Source: Blastocladiella emersonii ATCC 22665
Taxonomy: Eukaryota; Fungi; Blastocladiomycota
NCBI GenBank assembly: GCA_025594325.1
Contig: JANHCV010000011.1
Location: forward strand, 310,001-374,000
Length of the DNA stretch: 64,000 nt
Direction of reading: 5' to 3'
Made by a program: the position numbers and the translations under genes. This document shows positions 47,880-61,539 of the stretch, in pieces (positions within the stretch are counted from its first letter, which is position 1; each line of letters starts with the position of its first letter). The notes below the pieces were generated by a model. That model saw only the letters and a program-made list of their open reading frames with translations. It made no database searches and was not told where the DNA came from.

Positions 47880-50800
47880 CTACAACAGGTCGGCACCGAC
47901 GGCCGCATTCGTCTGCACGTTGCGCATCATGGCGGCGCTCGACTCGGGGTTGGACGGCATGAAGATGGCCGTGGCGCCCAACAATTTGGACATGGTCTGC
48001 ATCGCCTCGAAGCTCTGCAGGGTGGTCCCAGAGGACATGAGGTCGGCGACGTTGCCCATCAGGCACGCGGCCTGCACCTCGGCCTCGGCCGCGGTAACCT
48101 TGAACTCGCCAACCCGCCTCTGCTTGGCGGCGGCCGACATCGACTCGAGGAGCTCCGGCGCCATCTGCATGTCCGTGATCAGGATCGACGAGATCTCGGC
48201 GCCCCACTTCTTGGCGGGACCCTTGATGAGCGACTCGATGTTGAGTGCGATGGCCACTACAGTGCGGTCCAATGTGAGCGTCATCACCGGTCCTGCACCC
48301 TCAAGTCAACCCCGAGATCCCATGGTGGTCGAAGTATCGGACACAGGTTTATATAGTTTTGTACGCTACGATGGGGTCCAAACCGAGAAACAGAGAGAAG
48401 GAGAACAGACAAACAGGCAAGGGAACAAACAGCTTAGAGAACTTGAGAGCGACGATGGCGACGCTCAGACGCCGAGCAGGTTGGCCTCAGCGGGCGCGGG
48501 CTGGCCGCTGGTGGGCGACGCGGGCGACGCGGGGAGCGCCGTGTTGGCGGCCGTGGCGGCGGCGGCCTGGCGGGCAGCGACGCGCTCGTCGTGGCGCTTC
48601 TGGGCAATCGAGCGCAGCTTGGCGGCGGTGGCCTCGCCCGTGTTGGCGACGAGGTTCGCAAAGTGGCCGTTCGGAATGTCGAGCAGCTTGAGCGGCTCGT
48701 CAAACTCCATGAGCCGGCCGCCCTCCATGACCAGGACCTTGTCGCTGTCAATGATGGTGTTGAGGCGGTGCGCGACCGTGAGCACCGTCAGGTCCGAGAA
48801 GTTCTTGCGGATCGACTCCTGGATCAGGCTGTCGGTCGTCAGGTCGATGCTCGCCGACGCCTCGTCGAGGACCTGCGGGAAACGAGGCACGCGAAAATGT
48901 CAGTCACTGCGAACCGAGCCAGTCACCCGTGAGAGTGGACGTACCAGGATCTTGGTCTTGGACAGGATCGCGCGGGCAATGCAGAACAGCTGGCGGAGGC
49001 CGAGCGAGAAATTGGACCCGCCCTCGGCCACCTCGGACTCGAGCTTGCCGGGCATGTTGCGGATGCGGTGGCCGAGCTGCACCGCGTCGAGCGCCTGCCA
49101 CACCTCCTCGTCCGACGACTTGTTGAACGGGTCGAGGTTGGACCGGATCGTGCCGACAAACAGCACGGGCTCCTGCGGGATGATGGCCACGGCCTCGCGC
49201 AGGTCCTTGAGCCCGATCTTGGACACGTCGACGCCGTCAATCGTGATGCGCCCGTTGCACGCCTCGACGATGCGGAGCAGCGAGACGATGAGCGTGGACT
49301 ACCATGGGTTGCGAGAGCGACGAGTGAGTGAGCTTGTCCTTGTACACCAGGACCAAACGAAAAAAAAAAGCGCACCTTGCCCGAACCCGTACGGCCGACG
49401 ATACCGACCGACTCGCGCGGGTTGATGGTAATGTCAATGTTCTTGAGCACGGCGACGCCAAACTCGTGGTACTTGAGCACCACGTCCTCGAACTTGATGA
49501 GCCCCTGCTCGGGCCACGACGCGCGCGGCTTGTTCTCGGGCACCTCGAACGGCGCCTCCGTCTTGACGTTGGCGTAGTAGGTCAGCACGCCGACCGACGG
49601 CATCTGCGCCTGCACCTCGCCGATCATGCGGATCGACCACTGCAGGAACACGAGGATCTGCAGCGCGTTGGACATGGCGAGCCCGCCCGTTGACGCGCGC
49701 TCCTTGGCCGAGTTGCCGAGCTCGGCGCGGAACACGACCATGAACAGCGCCGTGCAGTAGATGGCCACCGACGTGATGATGTCCAGGTACAGCGCCGTCC
49801 ACGACTTGACGAGCGACAGCCCGAGGAACAGCTGGTGGTTGGCGTCGAGCTTGTCCATGTTGAGCCCGTCGAAGCGCGCCTGCGCGCGGTACGCGCGGAT
49901 CGAGAAGAGGCCCTCGAGCGTGGCGGCCAGGTGCGAGAAGATGGGCGGCTTGGTCGCGGCCTCGGCCGCCTTGAGCGCGTTCTCCGACGGCGTGACCCAG
50001 ATGACGACGAGGATGGCGCAGAACAGGAGGCCGATGATGGGCGCCCAGTTCCACGGGACCACGACAGCGACGAGCACAAAGGCGCCGAGCGTCAGCGGCA
50101 CGTACTGCAGGCCCTGCATGGCCGAGTCGGGCATGGTCTCGTCGACGTGGAACTGGTGCTTGGCGAACGCCGACAGGATGCGGCCGAGCGGCGTCGCGTC
50201 GTAGTGCGACATGGGCGCCACGAGCGCGCGGTTGAAGATGTTCTCGTGCAGGATGTAGGCCTTGGACGACGCCGCCTTGGCGAAGAGGAGACCGCGGGCG
50301 AGCACACCCGACGCGAACAGGGCAATGAAGCCGCCGTACACGCCGACGTACACGGCATCACCAGATTCGCCGAGTTTTAGCGTGTCAGGAATCCACAGCT
50401 TGAGCCAGTAGTCGGAGCCGATGCGGACGCCGTGGACCATGAAGAAGAAGACCATGGTGAACACGGTCAGCGGGGTGCCGACGCCGGCGCGCGCGTAGTT
50501 GAGGTAGTCGGTCCACCCAAGCGACTCGGCCGACTTGTCCTCGGTCGTCAGCTGGCCGGCCTTGCGGGTGCCCTCGGGGACCTCCTCCTCCTCGTAGTCC
50601 GAGTCCGAGTCCGAGCCGCCGGCAGCGAGGTCGGCGCGCGCCTGGGCGACGGCCGCCGACACGTCCTTGATCGAGTGGATCGTGAGCTCGTTGCGCTGGA
50701 TCACGTCCGCGACCGACTGGTGGCCGTGACCGTGGCCGGCCGACGCGCCCTTGAGCACCGAGAGCTGGTTGCGCTCGATCATGGACGAGATGGTCTGCTC

Positions 50801-53120
50801 GTTGATCTGCAGGTTCTTCATCGACTTGACCGTGAGCTGGTTGAGCTCAATGTCGCCGCCCGTCGCCTCGTTGCGCACCGTGACGTGGTTGTCGGTCGTC
50901 GGCTCGAGCGGCATGGCCTCGACGTCGTCGTCGCCCTCCTCGCCCGCAGCGACGTGGCTGTTGATGAGGTGCTCGAAATCGGGGTACTTGGCGATCAGCT
51001 CGTCGTAGGTGCCGTACTTGGCGACGCGGCCGTCCTTGAGCTGCAGGATCTTGTCGACCTGCGGCAGGTACTGGAGCTGGTGCGTGACGAAGATGACCGT
51101 CTTGCTGCGCAGGTGGCTCTTGATGCACTCCTCGAAGATGTGGCGACCGACGGCCTAGAGAAGGTGGGTGAGCGTCAGGTTAGTCCAGAGTCACCGGGAA
51201 CATCGAGAATAACGATACGAACCTGATCCACGGCTGAGAGGGGATCGTCGAGCAAAACCACGTCCTGGATAATGGGGGAGGTGGGGGGGAGTCGGTTAGT
51301 GAAGTTTCGGGTGGTCAGGGTCGAGTTTGGACGTACCTTGTCGGCATACACGGCGCGCGCGAGCGAGCTGCGCTGGCGCTGGCCACCACTACGTTCGGAG
51401 CAAGCGTCAGTATCGGTCGGGTCTTGGTGGGGGTCGAGGGAGCAGAGGGTCGAGGCGAGTTCGAGATCGAGGTCAGAGTCCGAGTCGAAAGCGCGTACCT
51501 GAGGTTGGCGCCGCGCTCGGCGATCTCCGTCTCCTCGGCGGCGGCGAGCAGCGTCAGGTCGCGTTGCAGGGCGCAGACGCGGATCGTCTCGTCGAACTTG
51601 GCCTGGTCAAACTCGGACCCGAACAGAATGTTCTCCTTGAGCGTGAAGTTGAGCAGCCACGCCTCCTGCGGCACGTACGCCGTGGACCCGTAGATCTTGA
51701 TCGTGTCGCCCTTGAGCTGCTTCATCTGGCCGAGCAGCGCCGCGACGAGCGACGACTTGCCGCTGCCCACGTCGCCGATCACGGCGAGCACCTCGCCGCG
51801 CTTGACCTTGAGGTTGATGTCGTGCAGCGTCGGGTGGTCGTCGCCCTCCCAGGCAAACGACGCGTCCTTGAGCTCGATCATGGTGTCGTCGCCCTTGGTG
51901 GGGGTCAGGCGCGGGATCTCCTTGACCTCGGTCTGCTGCATGAAGGTGGTGAGGCGGTCGAGCGAGACCGAGGCACCGGCAAACGACTTGACGGCCTGCG
52001 GCAGCATGAGCAGCGGGTACCGGAGCGTGTTGAAGACGGACAGGACCGTGAACGAGAGCGACGACGTGAGGCGGGCGCGACCCTCGGTGTAGCGGAAGGT
52101 GGCGAGCGCGACAATGGCGACGACGACGGGCGCCGCGAACACGACGGCAAAGTTGACGGCCTTGATCTTGAGCGCCGACGTGATGAGCTGCATCTCGCGG
52201 GCGCGCACCTTGCCGACCTTTTTCGTGAACTCGCCCTCCCACGTGTAGAACTTGACGAGCTTGATGGCGGTGAGCAGCTCCGACATGATGTGGACGCGCT
52301 TGGCCGTGATCTCGGTGTTCTCGCGCTGCAGCTCGGCCGTCTTGCGGCCGAGGTAGACCTGGATGGGCATGAGCAGGACGATGATGGCGAGCGACGTGAA
52401 GGCCGAGAGGCCAATCTCGATGAAGGCGAGGATCAGGATGAGGATCGTCTCGAGGGCCGACGTCCAGAGGAAGTGCACGTTGAGGACCGCGTCCTGGACG
52501 CGCGTCACGTCCGTCGACACAATGTTGATGACCTCGCCGGCGCCGCCGCGGATGCGGGCGAGGGCGAGCGACTTGCGGTAGACGAGGACCGTCAGGGCGG
52601 CCTTGACGCGGACGCCCTCCTTGGCGCACTCGCCGTAGAGCTGGTGGATGGCGATGGACGAGAAGAGCGACGAGAGGAGCAGGGCCATGGCGAACATGTG
52701 TCCGCGGAAGTCGTCCTCGTTCTTCTCGAGGAAGACGATGAAGACCTTGAGGAAGTACCAGGCGCCCAGCCAGGTGAAGACGCCCCAGACGATCTTCCAC
52801 AGGCCGATGAGCATGTAGTGGGTCTGGTAGGCGGCGCGCAGGGCGTTGAAGACCTGCGGGTTCTCGGGGTTGCGCTTGACCTCGGCCTGCCACGCGTCGT
52901 CGAGGGCGCGGCCGTTAGACCGGGCCGTGAGGTTCTCGGGCAGGCGCAGCTTGACGCGGCGCACGCCGGCGCGCGTCAGCGAGATGAGCCGGAACGCCCA
53001 CAGGTACAGCCAGTTGTTGAGGAAGAAGCTCGAGCCGATGTTGACGGCGACGCGCTTCTGGCGCCGGTTGAGCTGCTGGTGCTTGCCAGCAGCCCCGTCG
53101 GCGGAGGCGGAGGGCGCCAT
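47880..53120 (-). CDS. ABCC/MRP-type ABC transporter (TMD-NBD-TMD-NBD, no TMD0), multi-exon
   Basis: Walker A GDVGSGKS and GRTGSGK; signature LSGGQRQR across intron 51389-51498; second signature FSLGLRQL; LDEASA; TVAHRL; two TM bundles; several GT-AG introns. Confidence 0.93.
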
Positions 53121-55235
53121 GGTGGTGTCGTCGAGCTGCTGCGGTTGGTGTAGTCGAGCTGGATCGGATGGATACTACGAGGGAGGAGCGAGTGGGAGAG
53201 CGAGAGCGAGGAAGGAGAAGGGAAGGGAAGGCGGATTCGGGAACACGCGTGTGAGAACAGAGTTGGCGAAAGCGGTGCGACGGCGGCGCGACGGCGGCGG
53301 CCAGGCAGAGACAGAAAGTCAACCGACAGTCAACAGGCGAGGGCACAGAGTCGGAGGGCGGCGAGCGGCAGGGAGCGAGAGAGGAAGGCGGAGGAGAAGT
53401 GTATGCGGAGGCCGGGCGGGGCGCGCGGCACGCGTGGCTCAGCCAGCGTCCAGTATCAGCGTCCAGTATCACAATCAAGGGCCAGATCCAGCCTGCCGAA
53501 AGCACTCCTCGCGCACGCGCGCGCGCGCTGGTTCGTGCGTGTGCGACACACGGCGCGGGTGCGACACACGGCGGGACCGGCCGCGCGCGCCAAAAGGGAA
53601 GTGTGATGGTGTGACGACGTACTGCACGAGGCGGGAGACACGCGCGGGAGGGCAGTCGTCGAGGCGGGAGCGCGATAGCCGAGGCGTGATTACGAGAGTG
53701 CACGAGCGGTGGTGGGAGAGGGTCCAGCGAGCGGGGAGGGGAGAGGGAGCGAGGGCAGGCGGGAGAGGTCAGTCCTGGTCGACAGCGGTGACACACTCCT
53801 CCGCGAGACGGCGGGCGAGACAGAGACGCGTGAGGGCCCCCCTCGGGCGCGGTCACGACGGCAGTCACGCCGGCCGTTGGCAGGGTGCGTCCCGCGGCCG
53901 GCGACGCAGCGAACGCGCAGCAGGGTGGCGAAGCACGGCAAGCCGAGACAAGCCAAGCCTCGCAATATGAGCACGGGACCGCGTCGCCGCGCGTGTCTCC
54001 CGCCCTCGCGCGCCGTGTGTTCGCGTCGTCTGCGTGCTCGCTCCTTGCCGCGACCGAGGTAGCCATGTATCGCTCGTACCAGATGCCGAGAGTCGCTGCA
54101 GCCGCCGTAGTCGCGTCGGGACGGGTCACGGAGGCGGGTTGTTGATCACGTCGCGGTAGCGGGGAGGTGGGTCTGGGCGGGCCGGTTGGTCGGCGGCGTC
54201 GCTGCTTGTCCGAGAGTAGGGCAAGAGGAGGCAGGGTACGTCCGGCGGGGGCGCGGGCTTCTTAAGAGAGAGAGAGCGCGGGGCGGCCGGCGCGGGACAC
54301 GGACACGGGTGCACTCCACTACTCGAAATACGCACCCGCGCGCCCTTGACCGCTGTGGCCGTGGCCACGGACGCCGCCGCCGCCGCTGGCTGGATGGCAC
54401 GCCAGCCTCGCGGCGGCCGCGTGTGATCGCGTGAGAATGTCGGTAGGGACCCTTCGGCCGACGAGGCTCGGTGGAGTGGCGCGTTCCGGCCAATCAAATC
54501 GCTGCACCCGGTTTTCGAGCTTGCATCGCGCGATCTTCGAGAACGACGCCACGGCGCACGCCGCGCTGCCCTCGTGTCGCTTGCTCGCGGTCTGGCCGCC
54601 GCGGTCGGTGGCCACGACGCGCTCGGAGGCCGTGGCCAGCAGCGCTCGACCATGGTCGTTGGCCGTCGTGGCCGTGGCCGTGAGGGACCTTGCTGGGCCT
54701 TGTCTCCCGGGGCCTTGAATGAGGAGGCATGGGAAACGCATGGGAGCGAACCCCGCCCACTCGAGCCCTGAAAACGTGTGGACCACCTCGAACTTCTCAG
54801 GCCCTTCTCGCCGCCATCACGGGGCGCTCCTCGACCCTGCCCACTCGCCCGTTGGTTGGTCCCATGAGCGCCCGTCGGCGCGGACTCCCACGCGTGCGCG
54901 TGCGGGCAGCAAACGAACGGTGGCGCGGTGCTTGAACTTCGCTTCGGCCCCGAGATGAGCATCGCGCGCCACCCGAGCGCCGCGATGCAAGGGACCAGCC
55001 GCGCGGCGTCGCCACCCGCCTCTCCTTGGCCGCCGCCACCCGTCGTCGTTCGCGACAACCTGCCTGATCTGGTCGCTGCTCGAGCGCCACCCTGACCGGC
55101 TGGAGCAGCGTGAGCGAACCCGCCAACGCGGGCAACGAGAGCGAGCGCACCAACACGGGCGACGAGCAAGTGAGTGTGGGAGAGGGAATGAACATCTATC
55201 AAATCGGTACACTGCACGCGGCCTTGGCCTCTTCC

Positions 55236-57361
55236 TTAGTTGTCGAGCGCCATGAGCGAGCCGATGAACGTGAGGAGCTACACACGTCCAAGAAGTCAGT
55301 CAGTCACCCGCCATCACCCATCGCCACCACCACGACAAACGTACCAGCCGCTGACGGCCCTCCATGATATCCTCGGGCAGGACAAAGATGGTGGCGCCGA
55401 GCTTGCGGGCCATGGAGATAGCGTACTTGGCGTTGAGGCGCGCGTCGTCGTCCGAGTGGCCGTCCGTGACGAGCGCGTAGTCGACGGTGCCGGGGCGCAG
55501 GCCGTTGATCACGTCGATGAAGAAGACGCCCGACCGGACCGCGGGGTCCTTGAACCCGCCGATGCTGCCGCCGCGGGCGCCGACGCCCTTGGCGACGGTC
55601 GCGTTAGCCCACTTGATGAGGTCGTCCTCGGAGAGGTCGCGGCCGGCCGACTTGGAGGCCGCGCGCAGCGTCGCGAGCATATGGGCGCGCATCAGCTGCC
55701 ACACGAGGCCGAGCGTGAGCCGCGACCCGTCGACGAGGTCGAGCCCCTGGATCCCGACCAGCGTGAACCGGAACGCGGGGGACTTGCCGAGCACGATGAC
55801 CGCGTTGCAGTTCTCGACGCGCTTGAACTTGGACGTGACGGGCGCCTTGTTGATCTTGCGCCAGTCGACGATCCCCGGGCTCACCGTGTCCATGACCTGC
55901 AGGAGCACGAGGCCGTCGCGCAGGTCCTGGAAGATGTTGTTGACGAACGGGTCGACGCCGAGCGAGTTCATCCACAGGGCAAAGGCGCGCGACTCGCGGT
56001 CGCCCTCGGAGCTGAACAGGGCGTCGTCGAGCGAGGCGAGCTCCGACTCGGAAAGCTTCTCGAGCCCCGGGTACATGTTGAACAGGTTGGCGACGAAGGC
56101 GAGGTTGAGCTTCGGGTTGGCCTCGACAATGGCCTTGGGCGTGACGAAGGCGGCAGCGCCGATACGTGCCGCGTTGCCGATCACGGCCTCGGCGCGCTCG
56201 TGCAGGTCGCCAATGTGCAGCGGCGCCTTGGAGCAGGTGCCCGGGTGCAGCGCGTGGAGCAGGTACGTGTAGACGACCGAGTCGCGGATGTCGGTGGAGA
56301 AGTTGGTCAGCTCGACGGGGCACTGCACCTTCTTGAGGTGGTAGTTGGCCCACCGCAGCAGGATCTGGTCGGCGGGCAGGGCCAGGAACGACTCGAGCGA
56401 CTCGCCGTCCTCGAGCAGGCGGTACAGCTCCGGGTGCAGCTTGATGTCGATGCGCGACAGCAGGCCGATCTTGATGATCTGCCAGATGAGCCCGAGGATC
56501 AGGTACTCGACGCCGTCAATCAGGTCCTGCGCGCCCACGTTGACGACCGAGCACCCAATGGCCTTGGCCGAGTTGATGACCACGTTCCCGTTCTCGGTCA
56601 TCTTGAACGGGTTGAGCCGCTTGCCGACGTTGAGGGCGCGCTCGTCGATGGTGTCGGGGACGGCGTGGTTGATGAGCTTGGCGAGCACGAGCCCGTCGCG
56701 GCACTCGTCGAAGACGGCCATGCCGTGCGGGTCGATGGGCACGCGGTCGCCAACGTGCGGGTCGCGCGCGAGCGCCGCGTTGATGTGGTTGACGAACTGT
56801 GCCTGCTCGTCCTCGTTGATGGTGTGGGTCGTGTTCTGCGTGGTCCCCTTGATGATGATCTTCTTCTGCGGGGTGCCGCCGGGCGTCGCCGCCGCCGCCG
56901 TGGCCGCGAGCTTGGCCTCCTTGAGCTTGGCGATCGCACCCAGGTACTCGTCGAACGGCACCTTGCCCTCGTCGTTCTTGCGCAGCGACTGCAGCGCGCC
57001 CTGGATCTTGTCCATGGGGAACTGCTTGAGCCCGCGCGCCACCGTCATCACCTCCGACTGGTCGATGGCGCCCTCGCCCTCGAGATCAAACGCGCTACGT
57101 TGTACGGGGTGGTGCTGGGTCAGTCTCACGGTTCCGCGAGCGCGGTCGGCCGGGCCTCGCTCCGCGTCATGACGACGTCGGCAGCAAGGACACAGCCTCC
57201 CCGTAGCGTGCACGAGCTGCAAGCGTGACGCTGCAACGAGCACACGCTGCACGAGCGCAAGCGCGCCGGGATACGGACTTGAACTGCTGGATGAGGTGGT
57301 CGAGCTCGGTGTTCAGCTGCGGGTACTTGGCGCCCAGCTCGCGGTAGTTGACGGATGCCAT
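55236..57361 (-). CDS. SAC6: Fimbrin/plastin (EF-hand + 4 calponin-homology domains), 3 exons
   Basis: DGLVLAKLINHAVPDTIDERALN, NAKAIGCSVVNVGAQDL-type segment, LGLIWQIIK, LLRWANYHL, NPKLNLAFVANLFN, DARLNAKYAISMARKLGA; last exon LLTFIGSLMALDN*. Confidence 0.95.
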
Positions 57362-57716
57362 GGTGGTGATACGCTGCTTGTTGTTGTTTGTTGGGAGAGA
57401 GAGCGGAGAGAGGGAGGGAGCGACGATCGGAGGTCGGAGGAGGGCAGCGGGCCCACGCACGCACACACGCGTCGCACTTGCCGCCAAGATGCACGCGCCA
57501 ACAAGCCACCGAAACTCGGCGACGTTCGCGGCCGGCAACGCCAAGCCCACGAGCCCGGCCAAGACCGGTCATGGATGATGGTGAGAATGTATCAAACGGC
57601 TCTATTACAATGTACTGCGGCGGCGAGGGATCACCCTGAGGGGGACGCGAGTGAGGTATCCAAAAATCGAGCGCGCGGGCCTCCAGGGCGACGACATCAG
57701 TCCTCGCGCGCGCGGG

Positions 57717-59248
57717 CTACGGCGACGCGGCGTGCTGGTCGTCGGACGACCGGTTCCACGCGCCGGGCAGCGGCTCCGCCTCGGGAGCCGCCTCGGGTGC
57801 GCCGCCGCGCCGCCATCGCGCGAGGAGGCCGCGGAACCGCGCCTCGAGCGTGTCGAGCTCGAGGTTCGCGCCCAAGAAACCGAGCACAATGAGGGCGGCG
57901 CCGAGCAGATACGAGGGCGGGTACGATATGCCCTTGAGGACGAGGTCGCCGACCATGGCCACGGGGATCGTGAGCGAGAGCCCGAGCGTGACGACCGTGG
58001 GGCCCGTCATGAGCATCGACAGCAGCCACAGGTAGTCCGACACGAAGGTCCCGAGCAGCGCGTTGACGAGCAGCACGCCCCAGACCTGCTGGTCGGGCCA
58101 CGCGAATGGCTCGAGGCCCGTGACGTGCAGCAGGCCGAGGAAGGGGAGCAGCATCAAGATGTTGCACATGCCGAGGCACCCGAAGAAGACGGACATGCGC
58201 AGGCGGGACTCGTGCCCGATCTTGACCTTGAGCCACGTAATGTACACGGCGTAGAAGACGGCGCCCACGAGTGACAGCAGGTCGCCGAGCACCGGGTGCG
58301 CCGCGTCCGTCACCGCCTGCACGGCCCCGCTCCCGCCATCCGACGACGCCACGCACACGACACCGATGAAGCTGCACACGGCCGCGGCAAACTTGACCGC
58401 TGTGAACGAGTCGGCGCCCACGTACGACGCCAGGAGCAGCGTCAGCGGGCCCGACATGGACGACAGGATCGTCGTCGACGCGACGTTGGTCATACCGAGG
58501 CTCACGTTGGTTGAGTAGTTGGCAAAGAACCACAACCCGCAAAACTGGAACGAGAGCTTGGCCGTCTGTGAAAGAGAGGAACTGGGTGAGCAGGGTACGA
58601 TACAGTCCGAAACGAAGGAAGCGTACCTCGTAGGTGGTGAGCGGCGGAAGCTCTGTCTGCTGCTCGGCAGGCTCGTCAGCGACCGGCACCACGCTGGGCG
58701 CGCCCGACACGGGCGAGTTGGCGCGGGTCGCGGACGTTTTGACCGAGAGCAGGTCATCCTGCACGGACGACGGTGGTGGTGGTGGTGCGAGCTCGTCGTT
58801 GACGAACGTCGCGTACGACTGGCCCGTCGAGACGGACGGCGTCGCTGTTGGCGGGCGTAGGAGCGGCTGGGTATCGGACGCAACAGGCGTCGTCGCTCTA
58901 CTCACCGCCGCGGCCGCCGGCGAGGACTCGACGTCATCGATAGCAGCAGCACCGCGCTCCGACTTGCTCGCTCGCCTTCTCGAGCGGAACGCGGCGCGGA
59001 TGGCGACGGGTACGAGGTACAGCGAGAAGCTCGCCGTGTTGATGAACGTCACCAGCGCCGGTTTGTGGTAGTTTTGCTCCGAGAACGTGAACTAGACACG
59101 CATGTCCGCGTCAGCCGTCGTCCGGTCGGCGGTAGGTCGAAGAGCGGAGCCGTACGTTGATGAGGAAGCTCGAGCCGACCCAGAGCAGCACGACGCACAG
59201 CAGGGCCACGATGCCCGCAGCGTAGCGTAGCCGTCCCGAGAGGACCAT
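57717..59248 (-). CDS. SLC35F5/EamA-like (drug/metabolite superfamily) transporter, copy 1, multi-exon
   Basis: VLLWVGSSFLIN, KPALVTFINTASFSLY, FCGLWFFANYSTNVSLGMTNVASTTILSS, GDLLSLVGAVFYAVY, SDYLW..T.P..VTLGLSLTIP. Confidence 0.88.
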
Positions 59249-59705
59249 GGTCGATGGTGGCGCGGCGCGGCTCGTCTGCGGCCAATACGCGGAAGAACGG
59301 GCCGGATGCACGAAGAAACTGGGCAGTGGCGCGACGCGGTGGACACGGCGCGATGGATGGTCGGTCGGCGGGGTGATGGCCGCGGGAGGACGAATGCGCT
59401 TCCCACGCTTCTTCGTCGTCGCCGTCGTCGTCGGCGTAGTTGATACGTTGCAGTTACAAGTGCGTACGGAGAGCGAGCGTCGCCTCAGCTCATTTGGCAG
59501 GATAGGAACGTAACGTAGGCGGCGGGAGTTCCCGTGGCGAGATCGGGAGGCCCCGGCGTGTCGAGCACGCCATCGCCGCGCGCCGTGGCGGATGTCTCGC
59601 GCCCTGTCTCGCACCTGCACTCCTCGGCCAGTTCCAAGGCTCACATACACACGTACACACACAACTGAAATCTATAGAGGAAAAAGAATGGACGAGGAGG
59701 GGGGA

Positions 59706-60911
59706 TCACGCACTCGCGGCGTCCTTGGCCGGTGGGGAGGACTTGCGGAACCGCGCGACAAACGCGTTGAACTTGGCGTCGAGCTGCTTGAACTCGAGGT
59801 TCGCGCCGATGAACCCGATGACGATCAGGACGGCGCCCGTCACGTACAGAGGCGAGTAGGTGATGCCCTTGAGGATCAGGTCGCCGATCATGGACAGCGG
59901 GGTCTACACGGTCGGGGCGGGTGAGTTTGCGGCTCGCTTGTGTCCGAGAGGTAGCAGCGGCGTACCGTGAGCGAAAGACCGACCGTGACGACGATCGGAC
60001 CCGTCATGAGCATGGCCGTGATCCACAGGTAGTCGGACAGCACGGTGCCGAACATGGCGTTGATGATGAGCACACCCCACACCTCCTTCTCGGGCCAGCG
60101 GAAGGTCTCGACGCCCGTGATGTGCGCGAGGCCCATGAAGGGGAGCAGAAACACGGCGTTGAAGGCGCCGACGAACGCAAAGAACAGGCTGGTCCGCAAC
60201 CGGCTTTCGTGCCCGATCTTGACCTTGAGGAAAACTATGTAGATGGCGTAGAAGACGGCGCCGATCAGGGCGAGCACGTCGCCGAGGATCGGGTTCGCCG
60301 CCTCGGTCGTCGAGCCGTTATCGTCGAGCGCGACGCACGTCACCCCGCCGATGCTCAATGCCACGGCCAGGAACTTGGACACGGTGAACGTGTCGGCGCC
60401 GACCAGCGTCGCCAGGATCAGCGTGAACGGGCCCGACATGGACGCGAGGATCGTGGACGAGGCGACCGTCGTGAGGCCCAGTCCGACGTTGCTGGTGTAG
60501 TTGGCGATGAACCACAGCCAGCAGAACTGGAACGCCACCATGGCCGTCTCCTTGGTCGTCAGCGGGACCATCTTCGGGTCGACGGTCTCGCCCTCGGCGG
60601 CGGCGGCGGGCTTCGCGTCGGCGTCCGCGGCGCTCGACTTGCTCGTGATCTTGCGGTACAGCGCGCCCAACCCGATCGGGATCGTGTACGTTACGAACAT
60701 AGTCGTCCCAAAGTACGTGAGGGCAAAGGGCTGGAAGTAGTTGGCGCCCGTGAAGGCATACTACGCGGCGGGGCAGTGTCAGGGACCGTGCGAGTCGCGG
60801 CAGCGAGTGCGACCGTACGTTGATCAGGAACGACGACCCGACCCACAGGAACACGACGCCGATGAGGCAGACGATGCCGATCGCGTAGCGGAGCTTTTCG
60901 GACATCACCAT
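59706..60911 (-). CDS. SLC35F5/EamA-like transporter, copy 2 (tandem paralog), multi-exon
   Basis: VFLWVGSSFLIN, FCWLWFIANYTSNVGLGLTTVASSTILAS, GDVLALIGAVFYAIY, SDYLW, VGLSLT; shares the first intron position with copy 1. Confidence 0.88.
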
Positions 60912-61539
60912 CTTGGACTTTGATACATAAAGGGCGGGAAGGACGAGTTGGAGAGGAGGGACCGTTGCGAGGGTCCATGAGGTTTCAAATTTGGACTTGC
61001 GTGGCTGAGCGTCACAGGTCGCCGATGGCGCGATGTGTGAGGTTCAACCTCACGGTTAACGGGCGAGGTCGACGAGCACGCCATCCAAGTCGCGCCATCG
61101 CGGAAATTCAACCAGCTGGATGAGTTATCATCGCTGGAGTCCTCCGACCCGTGGCCGCGGCGTTCCGCTCATCCGTCCCTGCGGACGCGAGGCGCTCACG
61201 CGAGCGGCCGTGATCCAGGCCGTGATCCATGGTGTGATCGAGGTCGCGACCACGCGGGTTCGCTCACGGGAATGACGCCGACGCCGACGCCGACGCCGGA
61301 GCAGCTCAACGTGTCACGCTCCATCGCCGCGCGTGAGGACGTATCCGCGGTGAACTTGCCGTTCCGGCCCGAGTTCGTCGCGTCGTGAATGATTATCGAA
61401 TATCGCGGATCAGTCATGCGCGCGTCAGCTGATCGTGGCGCAACGCGTCCCACGCGTCCCCGGCTTTCGCACCGCCCCCTCTCCTGAGCCGCGCTCTACC
61501 CACACGGCAACCTGCAATGGATCTCTAACTACCGGAAAC

